A DNA stretch of 53,502 bases from Acidobacteriota bacterium (GCA_040758525.1 JBFLVQ010000001.1:1-53502); one strand, 5' to 3'; shown: positions 36,721 to 45,806, numbered from the stretch's first letter. Made by a program: numbers and translations. Notes: a model not told the origin generated them from the sequence alone.

Positions 36721-39069
36721 ATGGACCATCAATATTCTACAGTACGAGAATCACTCTACACCATTGCAGCGGGATTGTTAGTAGTAGTATTCTGTCTATT
36801 GTTACTCTATCAGGATGTCAATTTCTTCTGGGTAGATGATGCACAGTCTTATCACCTACCTGGACTCTGGGACATCGCACGAAGCTGGCAGGAAGGCGAG
36901 CTACCATTGCTCAGTCCTTACTCCTGGTTTGGAGGAGCGCTGGCAGCAGAGTATCAGTGTGGAGTATTCTCGCTCTCTACTTCTTTAATCTTCTTTTTGA
37001 TCTGGAAGCTACAACTCTCTTTACCCGCCACCGCAGCACTCTTCTCGATCATACACTTAAGCATCACAGCAGCAGGAGGATTTCGACTAGCAAGACAGCG
37101 AGCATTGAGCATAGACCTATCGATGATGGTAGGTCTGGTTACTGCTCTCAATGGTTGGCTACTGCTATGGTGTGCGATCTCTTGGACACCAGGAATGACC
37201 GCCTTTACTTGGCTACCTTGGGCATGGTGGGGATTGCAATGGTCTTTGCAAGCGGGTAGTAGTGCAATTCGTTGTATTCTAGCAGGATTTTTCATCTATC
37301 TGATTCTTGCTGCAGGGGCACCTTTTACAGTGTTGATGATTGGATTGATCACAGTCTGGCTAGCATTACGGCAATGGCGTGTCAATCATAGTATCAAGAG
37401 GCTATCACGATTGGCAGTTGCTTGGTTGTTAGGGTTAGGGCTCGCTGCTCCTGCTCTGCTAATGCTAATAGAATATTCCCATCATACAGTACGTTTAAAA
37501 ATCACCCCTATTGCACCTTGGATGTGGGTTGTGCCTATATTGAGTCTACCTGGCCTGATTTTGCCTTCATTCACTGTGAACTGGATGACATTTTTGGGCT
37601 GGCGCCCACATGCATCAGTAGAATTGGCCTGTGGGTTGGCACCTGCTGTGATTCTATTGGCAGTACTGATTGTATTACGAAAAAAGTTTATTGAGAAAGT
37701 CCGTTGGGAATTGGGACTCTTTGCTATCACTCTGTTACTCTCTATAAGCCCATCCTCTTTTCCATTCCGCTGGAGCTTTCGTTGGTTATCGCTTCTGCAT
37801 CTTTTACTAACAATACTGGCAGCAGAAGGGTTGGCGCTCTTCAGATCTGAAAAATTGATAGTGAACGAAAATATTGTTAAGGAAAATGGTACTGAATCAG
37901 CAAAACCATTTATCAAACAGTATCAAAACAATCTTGGTATATGGGCGCTCTGCTCTGTATTGATAATACTAGCAATTTCACAATCACTGAATTTGGATCT
38001 TACTGATAAGAGCTTTTCATTAGCTATTAACCTGATATTGATTTCTACCATTTGGGCAGCATTAGAACGATTTCTTGCTACATCATCAGCACTACGTAGA
38101 TGGGCGATTGTTGGAGTAGTACTAACCTCATTTGCAGTTACTTACCGTTACATCCCGACCAATACAGAAATACCGCGTTGGGACTTCTCAGAGATGCGCA
38201 AAGTCGAGCCACTCAATCCTGAGATACGTTATCTCTGTCTATATGATCGTTGGGATGCATTCAAGACATATCAGCCCAATCTAGGTCCTGTATTACGACC
38301 TGGCAATACTGCTATGTATGCAGGCTTGCAACTTGTCAATGGTTATAGTGCTATGGAGTTGACCAATTTCTGGTACATTTTTCGTTTTAGCGGACAAGGA
38401 TATTTGAATAGAAGAGCAGCTAGAGCCATTCTACAAAAGGAGACAGGTGCTGAAGGACTATTACAACTTATGGGTGTTGATGGATTGATTATTCCTGCAA
38501 CTATGAAAACAGAAAGCGCCATGCTTATACAGCAAGGCTGGCAACAAGTAGCAGACTTTGATGAAGGCACGATATTCCACCGAATAGGACCGCCTAGCCC
38601 ACATGTACGCTCACTCTTATCAGTACAATCAATCTCAAACGATGAATATGGATTAAGATGGTTTGAATTCCGTACTAGACCATCTGTCCCACTGCTACTG
38701 TTAAGTCAAACACCTAGCTCTGGCCAACAATTAAGCTTTGCTGCTACCAATGTCAAACTGGTAACAGAGACTCGCCTACGCGCCATTGCTCAGGTAGAGC
38801 CACTTAACAGTAGTGGAGAATCACTGGTGTTATTCTCTCGACCTTGGTATCCAGGCTATCGTGCCACTCTTAATGGTAAAGAAGTACCTGTTGAAGTGAT
38901 AAACTATTTTCTACCAGCAGTACGATTACCTGCTGGCGCACAAGGTGAGTTGATCTTGGAGTATCGTCCTAGCTCATTTGTTAATGGAGTTATTATTGCA
39001 TTAATAACCCTATTGTTGATCGTACTAGCATTAGGATGGATGTTATGGCAACGACGATATAAGAATTGA
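36721..39069 (+). CDS. YfhO-like GT-C-fold membrane glycosyltransferase (putative), array copy 4 of 4
   Basis: 782 aa. The ATG lies 11 nt after the copy-3 stop. The core region is most similar to copy 2 (e.g. NTEIPRW.F.EMR...PEIRYL.LYD.WD.FKTYQPNLGPVLRPGNTAMYAGLQLVNGYSAM). The ends are most similar to copy 3. Confidence 0.75.
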   Translation: MDHQYSTVRESLYTIAAGLLVVVFCLLLLYQDVNFFWVDDAQSYHLPGLWDIARSWQEGELPLLSPYSWFGGALAAEYQCGVFSLSTSLIFFLIWKLQLSLPATAALFSIIHLSITAAGGFRLARQRALSIDLSMMVGLVTALNGWLLLWCAISWTPGMTAFTWLPWAWWGLQWSLQAGSSAIRCILAGFFIYLILAAGAPFTVLMIGLITVWLALRQWRVNHSIKRLSRLAVAWLLGLGLAAPALLMLIEYSHHTVRLKITPIAPWMWVVPILSLPGLILPSFTVNWMTFLGWRPHASVELACGLAPAVILLAVLIVLRKKFIEKVRWELGLFAITLLLSISPSSFPFRWSFRWLSLLHLLLTILAAEGLALFRSEKLIVNENIVKENGTESAKPFIKQYQNNLGIWALCSVLIILAISQSLNLDLTDKSFSLAINLILISTIWAALERFLATSSALRRWAIVGVVLTSFAVTYRYIPTNTEIPRWDFSEMRKVEPLNPEIRYLCLYDRWDAFKTYQPNLGPVLRPGNTAMYAGLQLVNGYSAMELTNFWYIFRFSGQGYLNRRAARAILQKETGAEGLLQLMGVDGLIIPATMKTESAMLIQQGWQQVADFDEGTIFHRIGPPSPHVRSLLSVQSISNDEYGLRWFEFRTRPSVPLLLLSQTPSSGQQLSFAATNVKLVTETRLRAIAQVEPLNSSGESLVLFSRPWYPGYRATLNGKEVPVEVINYFLPAVRLPAGAQGELILEYRPSSFVNGVIIALITLLLIVLALGWMLWQRRYKN

Positions 39070-39078
39070 TATTCACGA

Positions 39079-40218
39079 TCAAAAGAGCAAGCCGCGGGCA
39101 ATCAGCATACGCTGCACTTCCGAGACTCCTTCACCAATTTCACCTAAACGTGCATCACGGTATAGCTGTTCTACACGATAATCAGTGATATAACCATATC
39201 CTCCATGCACTTGTACGGCGGCATCAGCAGCTCGTTTGCCTACCTCAGAAGCAAAAAGCTTTGCCATTGAAGCTTCCATAGTAGCATCAGCACCAGATTG
39301 AAACTTCCAGGCAGCCTGCAATATCAACATCTCTGCTGCATCGATCTCTGCCTTCACTTCGGCAAGTCGGAAACCAACATCCTGAAAGTTATAGATTGGT
39401 TGGCCAAAAACCTCGCGCTCATTAGCATACTTAATCGCCTCGTCTAGACTAGCCTTCGCAATCCCCAAGGAGAAGCAGGACATACCTATACGGAAAAATG
39501 TCAGGCAGTTCATTGTATGATAAAAACCTTGGTTTGCTTTTCCCAAAAGATTATTAGCTGGTACATGACAATCATCAAAATAGAGAGCGCTAGTAGGCGA
39601 ACCACGTACACCCATCTTGTCCAATGGTGGTCCAGAGCTCCATCCTGGACAATCCTTATCAACAATGATCAGGCTCATCTGATGCGGACCGCCGGTCTCA
39701 CCTGTGACAGCAAGCACCAAGACACAATCGGCAACTGGTCCATTGGTACAGAACATCTTTGAACCATTCAATAGATACTGGCCATTCTGTAGTACCGCCT
39801 TGGTCTTAGCAGCAGCAAGGTCAGAGCCAGCGCTAGGCTCAGTAAGTGCCATAGCGCCAATATTCTCACCACGCGCCAATGGTCTGAGATACTTCTCTTT
39901 CTGCTCTGCTGTGCCTAGACTAAGAATTGTATAGCCACATAGGCCTGTGCTGGCACCCATAGATAAGAAAGTCGATGGGCAGACCCGCGCTAGCTCAAGC
40001 CAGGCCAATATATTGGTAATTATGTCGGCACCACTGCCACCATACTCTTCGGGAAAGGAGAGTGCGCAGAGTCCAAACTGAGCCAGTTTAGCTAGGTTTG
40101 TACGCAATATCTCTACATTCTCCTCAATAGCGCGTGTATGCGGGAGAATTTCGGCACGTAAGAACTCGCGCAATGATTTTAGATATTGTTGTTGTATCTC
40201 AGTCAATTCAAAATCCAT
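39079..40218 (-). CDS. Acyl-CoA dehydrogenase
   Basis: 379 aa. C-terminal signature VHGGYGYITDYRVEQLYRDARLGEIGEGVSEVQRMLIAR. Its stop is only 9 nt from the stop of array copy 4 (convergent). Confidence 0.9.
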   Translation of the reverse strand: MDFELTEIQQQYLKSLREFLRAEILPHTRAIEENVEILRTNLAKLAQFGLCALSFPEEYGGSGADIITNILAWLELARVCPSTFLSMGASTGLCGYTILSLGTAEQKEKYLRPLARGENIGAMALTEPSAGSDLAAAKTKAVLQNGQYLLNGSKMFCTNGPVADCVLVLAVTGETGGPHQMSLIIVDKDCPGWSSGPPLDKMGVRGSPTSALYFDDCHVPANNLLGKANQGFYHTMNCLTFFRIGMSCFSLGIAKASLDEAIKYANEREVFGQPIYNFQDVGFRLAEVKAEIDAAEMLILQAAWKFQSGADATMEASMAKLFASEVGKRAADAAVQVHGGYGYITDYRVEQLYRDARLGEIGEGVSEVQRMLIARGLLF

Positions 40219-40221
40219 AGA

Positions 40222-41931
40222 TTATTCACCTATACGCCTATCTTCAGTAGTTGTTATCTGTTCAAGTAACAGGCGGGCTTGCTGGAAATCAGGATAGTTA
40301 GCAGTAGTTCTGCTAAGCAGTTCTATTGCCTTACTTCTTTGTCCCCTTTTTATATATATCTGGGCAAGATTGGTATAAACCAGCAGATTGTTTACTGCAT
40401 TCATCTCTATTGTGCGCTCGTAAAAGTATGTCGCGCGGTCATAATCTCCCAGCGAAGAATAGTAGAGTCCTAATCCTGTACAAGCACAACCCGATTCACC
40501 ATTCTTTAGCGCTAGACTAAATTGATAGTGATTAGCAGCTTCATCCTTTTTCCCTTCTATATAGAGTGCTGATGCATAGTTGCAATGAGCAAGCTCGGAA
40601 GTCGTATTCTCTGCCACGGCACGCTTCCAAAGATCAAGATCGCTATACCAGAAGCTATTCTGCCTGATCGTCATTATTGAGAAGCCTATTATCATCGCAA
40701 TACAACCCCCTACTATTAGCGATTTGATGTATACCAATATCGCTTTACTCTCAAAGAGCGCGTTAAGTCCTATTGCTAGCGCGATCGAGAAACCGAGCGA
40801 AGGAAGAAATGCATAGCGATCTTGGACTATTAATCCAGGTCTGAATGCTCCTAGATTAAGCACTGGCATTAAGGTGATAAGAATCCAACCAGCAGCAAAG
40901 ATAATTGTGTTTGGTGTACGCAACCAGATAATGGCAGCGATTGCAATAAGCAATAATAGTGGCAACCAGAATGCTAAGCTAGCAAGACTAGTAACAGGTG
41001 ATAGACTATAGATAGCACTCAATCCCATTGGGAAGATAAGTATTCTAAGATATTCTAGGATCACCTCTGGGATAGTCAGTAATACTGCATCAAGCTTCAT
41101 ATTGGCGCCTAGTCCAATCCGTCCTGAGCCACCATAAGCATAGTAACGTAGCCCTAAATAGATCACCACCATTGCCAAAAATGGTAATGTTGCCCCCATC
41201 GCCTTGATGGTTCTCTTAATAAAGTTCGATTCTTTAATAAATATCAATTGGTGGAAAGCAACCAGAATAGGAAAACAGAGCGCCGCTTCTTTACTTAGTA
41301 ATGCTGCCAACACTAATACCATTGAACCTAGCAAGAAGATCCTGCTCTGCTGAGCGCGCGCCTGCAGATAGAGAGCAAATCCTGCTAGAAAGAAGAGTGC
41401 ATGTAATGTGTCACCTAAACAGTTAACCCATGCTACTACTTCCGAATGTATAGGATGGCTGATAAATAGTAATAGACTTAATGCTGCTACTGCCCTCGCA
41501 CCGCTTAGTTGCCTGACAACTACATAGGCAAGCGCCACTATTCCAAGAAAGAGTAGTAGGTTGAGCAGATGCCAATATGGTTCATACTCGCCAAACATTT
41601 GAAAGGCGAGGGCAAAGAGCATACGAGTAAAAGGCCGATAGTGAAGCGTCACTCCAGATTTGGAATTGAGCCAGGATACATCATAAGCAGGCGGATCTAT
41701 GAAGGCACGACTAAAATAGCTCCAATCACGTAGCGCATTATTGGAAACAATCAATAGATAGTCATCATAGACGAAATGATTCCTCAGCGAGTTGGCAAAG
41801 ACAATAGCAGCAATGGTGAGAAGCAGCAGGAGAATCTGCCTATCACTACGTTGGGCAAACCACTGCCAGGCGCGCAGCCCCGCACCGCTGATATACTGCT
41901 CTGTTGAGACAACCTCCGCCTGCGTCACCAT
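40222..41931 (-). CDS. TMTC/PMT-like GT-C membrane glycosyltransferase with C-terminal TPR repeats (DUF1736-type)
   Basis: First-loop motif NHFVYDDYLLIVSNNAL followed by HYRPFTRMLFALAF. About 10 or more hydrophobic spans. The C-terminal ~150 aa consist of TPR helices. Confidence 0.7.
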   Translation of the reverse strand: MVTQAEVVSTEQYISGAGLRAWQWFAQRSDRQILLLLLTIAAIVFANSLRNHFVYDDYLLIVSNNALRDWSYFSRAFIDPPAYDVSWLNSKSGVTLHYRPFTRMLFALAFQMFGEYEPYWHLLNLLLFLGIVALAYVVVRQLSGARAVAALSLLLFISHPIHSEVVAWVNCLGDTLHALFFLAGFALYLQARAQQSRIFLLGSMVLVLAALLSKEAALCFPILVAFHQLIFIKESNFIKRTIKAMGATLPFLAMVVIYLGLRYYAYGGSGRIGLGANMKLDAVLLTIPEVILEYLRILIFPMGLSAIYSLSPVTSLASLAFWLPLLLLIAIAAIIWLRTPNTIIFAAGWILITLMPVLNLGAFRPGLIVQDRYAFLPSLGFSIALAIGLNALFESKAILVYIKSLIVGGCIAMIIGFSIMTIRQNSFWYSDLDLWKRAVAENTTSELAHCNYASALYIEGKKDEAANHYQFSLALKNGESGCACTGLGLYYSSLGDYDRATYFYERTIEMNAVNNLLVYTNLAQIYIKRGQRSKAIELLSRTTANYPDFQQARLLLEQITTTEDRRIGE

Positions 41932-41974
41932 AAATCAGGCCACTGAGGCTCTGTTCCTATTCGATCTGTCCGAT

Positions 41975-42766
41975 TTAACTTACCCCTTCGAAATGGAAGG
42001 TTCCCTTGTTGAGCCATGCGCCACCATCTGCGACTATCACATCACCAGTGATATAGTCAGCCATATCGGAGACTAGAAAGGCACAGATATTGGCCATCTC
42101 TTCAATACTACCAAAACGCTGCAGGGGTACGTCCTTCTCAAGCTTCTCTTTGAGACCTGGAAAAGCCCAAAGCTTGGCAGCACCAGTATTCTCAATCGGA
42201 CCAGGCGCCAGTGCATTGACACGTATATTGTAAGGCGCCCATTCTACCGCCAATGTCTGTGTCATGGTAATTACCCCAGCTTTAGCACAGGCACTATGAA
42301 TGGTACCGGGACCACCTGTCCAGGCATAGGTAGCAACAATATTTAGGATCTTGCCACGCTTCTGTTTGATCATCTGCAGCCCTGCAGCGCGTGAACAGTA
42401 GAACGTACCATTGAGGACAATGTTAATAACCGAATTCCAGCCATTGATCGAGAGGTTCTCGGTTAGACAGACAAAATTGCCTGCAGCATTATTAACCAGT
42501 ATATCGATATGGCCGAATCGTTCTACAGTCTTTGCCATCAACTGATCGACTTGTTGGGGATCACGTACATCAGTAGCGATCGCGACCGCTTCTATACCTT
42601 TGCTAGTCAACTCCTCTACAGCCTTATCAAGCTGTTCTTGTTTACGGCTAGCAATTACTATCTTGGCACCCAACTCCCCATACTTACTAGCGATGCCAAA
42701 ACCTATTCCTGTCGCCCCCCCTGTGATAATTGCCACTTGATCTTGTAGAAATTTGGTTGCAAACAT
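41975..42766 (-). CDS. SDR-family oxidoreductase, 2,4-dienoyl-CoA reductase (DECR)-like
   Basis: AIITGGATGIGFGIA (TGxxxGxG), VNNAAGNF and HSACAKAG. 263 aa. Confidence 0.8.
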   Translation of the reverse strand: MFATKFLQDQVAIITGGATGIGFGIASKYGELGAKIVIASRKQEQLDKAVEELTSKGIEAVAIATDVRDPQQVDQLMAKTVERFGHIDILVNNAAGNFVCLTENLSINGWNSVINIVLNGTFYCSRAAGLQMIKQKRGKILNIVATYAWTGGPGTIHSACAKAGVITMTQTLAVEWAPYNIRVNALAPGPIENTGAAKLWAFPGLKEKLEKDVPLQRFGSIEEMANICAFLVSDMADYITGDVIVADGGAWLNKGTFHFEGVS

Positions 42767-43260
42767 TATCCCTCCGGGGACGTAACAGTCCCTTCTGCTC
42801 CCGTGCCTTCTTGGGAGCTTTCATCAGTATAATCATAATTGGTCTCGACTGATGCACAGATCTGATTCCAGTAACTCACTGGGCGCATAAGCTGCATCAG
42901 CGTTACCTTGTTACCTTCTATCTGATAGTGTGGCGAGGTGAGTGCACGCATAGGCGCCATTTCACCCTTATTGAGCGCTGCCATCATATTGTAAGGACAG
43001 GTAGCACGCATCATCCAAGCAGCATTAAAGGGAGTATTGCGCAATTCCTGCCAAGGAGTTGGTTGTGAATCATACTTCCAGTCTACCAACTTCCCTTGCT
43101 TAAACGTCCACTCCATCATACGGTCCTTACCATCGGGACCATCGTAGACACGAAAAGTGAAAATGCCACTCAGTTTCTTACCTTCTTGCTCAAACTTTGC
43201 ATCGCTTTGAATACGCCGGGCACACTCATCTAGCCAGGCTTTCGTATAATACTTGATCAT
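42766..43260 (-). CDS. SCP2 (sterol/lipid carrier)-like domain protein
   Basis: GIFTFRVYDGPDG...EWTFKQGKL... and MMAALNKGEMAPMRALTSPHYQIEGNKVTLMQLM resemble the SCP2 C-terminal helix/strand pattern. Its stop overlaps the SDR ATG by 1 nt (TAATG). Confidence 0.45.
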   Translation of the reverse strand: MIKYYTKAWLDECARRIQSDAKFEQEGKKLSGIFTFRVYDGPDGKDRMMEWTFKQGKLVDWKYDSQPTPWQELRNTPFNAAWMMRATCPYNMMAALNKGEMAPMRALTSPHYQIEGNKVTLMQLMRPVSYWNQICASVETNYDYTDESSQEGTGAEGTVTSPEG

Positions 43261-43281
43261 AATTCTCCTGACTTAATAGAG

Positions 43282-44487
43282 TTAAACTATCTGCCGCACA
43301 AGCGGCTGAAACTCATCAAAATCTGCCTTGCGAGGATTGAAAGCCATACAAATATCGCACATTGCAATCTCTGTAATGGTCTTCACTACCTCATCATCAG
43401 CAGGGACATTTAATTCACGATAGCGAGTAGGAATGCCAACCGCTATATTTAGTTCACGTACACGTTCGATAGCACGCTGACCTAGCTCTAGATCTGACAG
43501 ATCTACTGCGCTCACTCCAAAAGCACGTGCTAGTGCGGCATAACGGGAGGGACAACTGGGCAGATTGAACTCCATCACATAGGGCAAGGCAACCCCATTA
43601 GAGAGTCCATGATGCAAACCATATAGACCGCCAACAGTATGTGCAATCGCATGTGTGGCGCCAACCGGTGAATTTGAGAAGGCAATACCAGCCATCATTG
43701 CGGCAATCTGTAACTTGGCGCGTGCATCGGTATCGTCAGGCTGTTTTACCGCCGTCGCTAGATTATCAAAGATCATCTCTGCGGCACGTAACGCTAGCGC
43801 CTCCGAGATGGGCTGATTTTCTGTCGAGACATAAGCTTCAATAGCATGGGTAAGTGCATCCATACCAGTATAAGCAACCAATTTGGCTGGTAATGTTGCT
43901 ACCATCTCAGGATCCAGCACTGCCATACGTGGGTATAGATAGGGACTGGCAATTGTGATCTTAGCCTTGGTTTCATGATCTTTAACCACAGCACCTACTG
44001 AAACTTCACTGCCTGTACCCACAGTTGTAGGAACGGCAATGATTGGCACACAAGGTCCTGGTATCATAAAACCACCTTCATAATCGCGCACCGTGCCGCC
44101 ATACGCACCAATCATAGCAGCCAGCTTAGAGGTGTCCATTACACTGCCTCCACCTACTGCAATGATAAGATCGATAGCTAGCTCTTGTATCATCTGAGCA
44201 ACTTTTGTTACTACAATAAGGTCTGAATCGGGTGGCACATCATCAAAGATCGCTTTAACCTGATAGTCAGAACCGTCCAATCCTGCTTTCACTTTATCTA
44301 TTAGACCGGCGCCTACTACACCCTTATCACTGACGATCAGCACGCTATTATGTGCTGCCAGGTCATCTTCCATCTGTAACTCACCGGCAAGCGCAGATGC
44401 CTTACCAATACCGAACTTTACCTGGGTAGGAATGTAGAAGGTAAAATCTGTACGCGCTAATCTTTCATTCTTATTAATAAAGCCCAT
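43282..44487 (-). CDS. Iron-containing (group III) alcohol dehydrogenase
   Basis: VGGGSVMDTSK and HAIAHTVGGLYGLHHG metal-binding motifs. Start set at the ATG at 44487 (AGGAG with a 9-nt spacer), giving 401 aa. Confidence 0.88.
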   Translation of the reverse strand: MGFINKNERLARTDFTFYIPTQVKFGIGKASALAGELQMEDDLAAHNSVLIVSDKGVVGAGLIDKVKAGLDGSDYQVKAIFDDVPPDSDLIVVTKVAQMIQELAIDLIIAVGGGSVMDTSKLAAMIGAYGGTVRDYEGGFMIPGPCVPIIAVPTTVGTGSEVSVGAVVKDHETKAKITIASPYLYPRMAVLDPEMVATLPAKLVAYTGMDALTHAIEAYVSTENQPISEALALRAAEMIFDNLATAVKQPDDTDARAKLQIAAMMAGIAFSNSPVGATHAIAHTVGGLYGLHHGLSNGVALPYVMEFNLPSCPSRYAALARAFGVSAVDLSDLELGQRAIERVRELNIAVGIPTRYRELNVPADDEVVKTITEIAMCDICMAFNPRKADFDEFQPLVRQIV

Positions 44488-44506
44488 ATACGAAAACTCC
44501 TGTAAT

Positions 44507-45664
44507 TCACAATCTCTTCTTGAGCATTTCGGCAGCAATAATCATCTTCTGTACTTCCGAAGTACCCGCGCCTAGCGTAGCAACTTTTATATCACGATAG
44601 AAACGCTCGACTGGGTAGTCATGTATATAGCCATAACCGCCAAAAATTTGTACGGCGTCATTAGCCAGACGCACTGCTGATTCGGTTGTGAAGAGCTTGG
44701 CAATAGACGCCTCCATCATTGCGCTCTGCCCCTTCCCTTTCATACATGCGACTCGGTAGATAAGCAGCCGCGCAGCATCAATAGCAACCTTCATATCGGC
44801 AAGCTTGTGCTGGATCGCCTGGAAATTCGCAATCGGCTGGCCAAACTGTTTACGCTCTTTTGCATACTTAATACATTGCTCAAGTATATACTGCATACCG
44901 CCAACAATTGGCGCAATCATACAAGAGCGTTCCCATTCCAGGATCTCCTTGCCTACCGAAATAAAGCCCATATTCTCAGGCCCTAGCAGATTCTCCGCCG
45001 GCACCTCACAGTTATCGAAGTATAGTTCGCTGGTTGTAGAGGTACGATTGCCCATCTTGTTCAGCTCTCTACCTGCGGAAAAGCCAGCAAAGTTCTGCTC
45101 GACAATAAAAGTCGAGATACCGCGATTGCCTTTTTTCTTATCGGTAACTGCAAAGACAATAAAGATATGTCCGATCGGCCCATTGGTAATAAACATCTTT
45201 GAGCCGTTAAGTACATAATGATCGCCACGCCGCTCAGCAATAGTGCGCATCGCCGCAGCATCCGAGCCTGAATCTGGCTCGGTAAGACCAAAACCTCCTA
45301 CCCATTCTCCGCTAGCAAGCTTAGGCAAGTAGCGCCGCTTCTGTTCCTCATTGCCAAGTAGCCAGATCGGCACACCAGCCAAGATCGTATGTGCGCCCCA
45401 AGCCAGGGTAGTGCCAGAATCGACCCCGCTATGCCCTACTGCCTCCATTGCAATAGCGGTAGCAAGCGGAGAAGCATTGCTGCCGCCGTACTGCTCAGGA
45501 AAAGGCAGTCCTAACAGGCCCATGCCTGCCAACGCCCGCCAATTCTCCCAAGAGAACTCTCCACGTGCATCAAGCTCTTCTGCCTGAGGAGCAAGCTGTT
45601 CCTTGGCAAACTTATAAACGGCAGTGCGAAAATCGATATATTCCTCGGGTATGTCAAGATTCAT
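44507..45664 (-). CDS. Acyl-CoA dehydrogenase
   Basis: FGGYGYIHDYPVERFYRDIKVATLGAGTSEVQKMIIA. Start set at the ATG at 45664 (MNLDIPEEY..., 385 aa). This lies downstream of the promoter candidate, whereas the track start at 45766 lies upstream of it. Confidence 0.88.
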   Translation of the reverse strand: MNLDIPEEYIDFRTAVYKFAKEQLAPQAEELDARGEFSWENWRALAGMGLLGLPFPEQYGGSNASPLATAIAMEAVGHSGVDSGTTLAWGAHTILAGVPIWLLGNEEQKRRYLPKLASGEWVGGFGLTEPDSGSDAAAMRTIAERRGDHYVLNGSKMFITNGPIGHIFIVFAVTDKKKGNRGISTFIVEQNFAGFSAGRELNKMGNRTSTTSELYFDNCEVPAENLLGPENMGFISVGKEILEWERSCMIAPIVGGMQYILEQCIKYAKERKQFGQPIANFQAIQHKLADMKVAIDAARLLIYRVACMKGKGQSAMMEASIAKLFTTESAVRLANDAVQIFGGYGYIHDYPVERFYRDIKVATLGAGTSEVQKMIIAAEMLKKRL

Positions 45665-45716
45665 GATAGCTGCCTTAATTGATAACTTATCCCGCCGGTC
45701 AAAGAAAGAGAAGGTC

Positions 45717-45745
45717 AGGATATCTGACTTTGGCACGACTGTCAA
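45717..45745 (-). promoter_or_regulatory. Sigma-70-type promoter candidate for the acyl-CoA dehydrogenase operon
   Basis: The minus strand reads TTGACA (45745-45740), 17 nt, TATCCT (45722-45717). It lies about 53 nt upstream of the ATG at 45664. Confidence 0.4.
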
Positions 45746-45776
45746 ATCTTTACAACAAGTCAACAAACCATTGCCA

Positions 45777-45806
45777 GCACAGAGAGAAGCGTTAATCTCT
45801 CTGTGC
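45777..45806 (-). terminator. Hairpin downstream of the TonB-dependent receptor gene (11-bp perfect stem, 8-nt loop)
   Basis: gcacagagaga (45777-45787) agcgttaa tctctctgtgc (45796-45806), 24 nt past the stop at 45830. No strong U-tract. Confidence 0.45.

Noticed and set aside
29889-37295. Recurrent out-of-frame and antisense ORFs in each array copy (113-aa minus ORFs at 29889, 32234, 34603 and 36954; plus ORFs at 29937, 32147, 34516 and 36957)
   Set aside because: Their conservation is a by-product of the DNA-level identity of the N-terminal part of the four paralogs. They sit inside a frame encoding a coherent polytopic membrane protein.
29656-39069. Diversity-generating retroelement, invertase-driven phase variation or a mobile-element origin for the variable paralog array
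   Set aside because: No reverse transcriptase, template-repeat pair with A-specific mismatches, site-specific recombinase, inverted repeats, IS element, tRNA or att-like flank is visible in or around the array. Homologous recombination among the copies suffices to explain the pattern.
45731-45736. TGGCAC hexamer in the leader region of the acyl-CoA dehydrogenase operon
   Set aside because: It is on the wrong strand for the flanking genes and has no TTGC at the -12 distance. The region is better explained by the minus-strand TTGACA-17-TATCCT promoter candidate.
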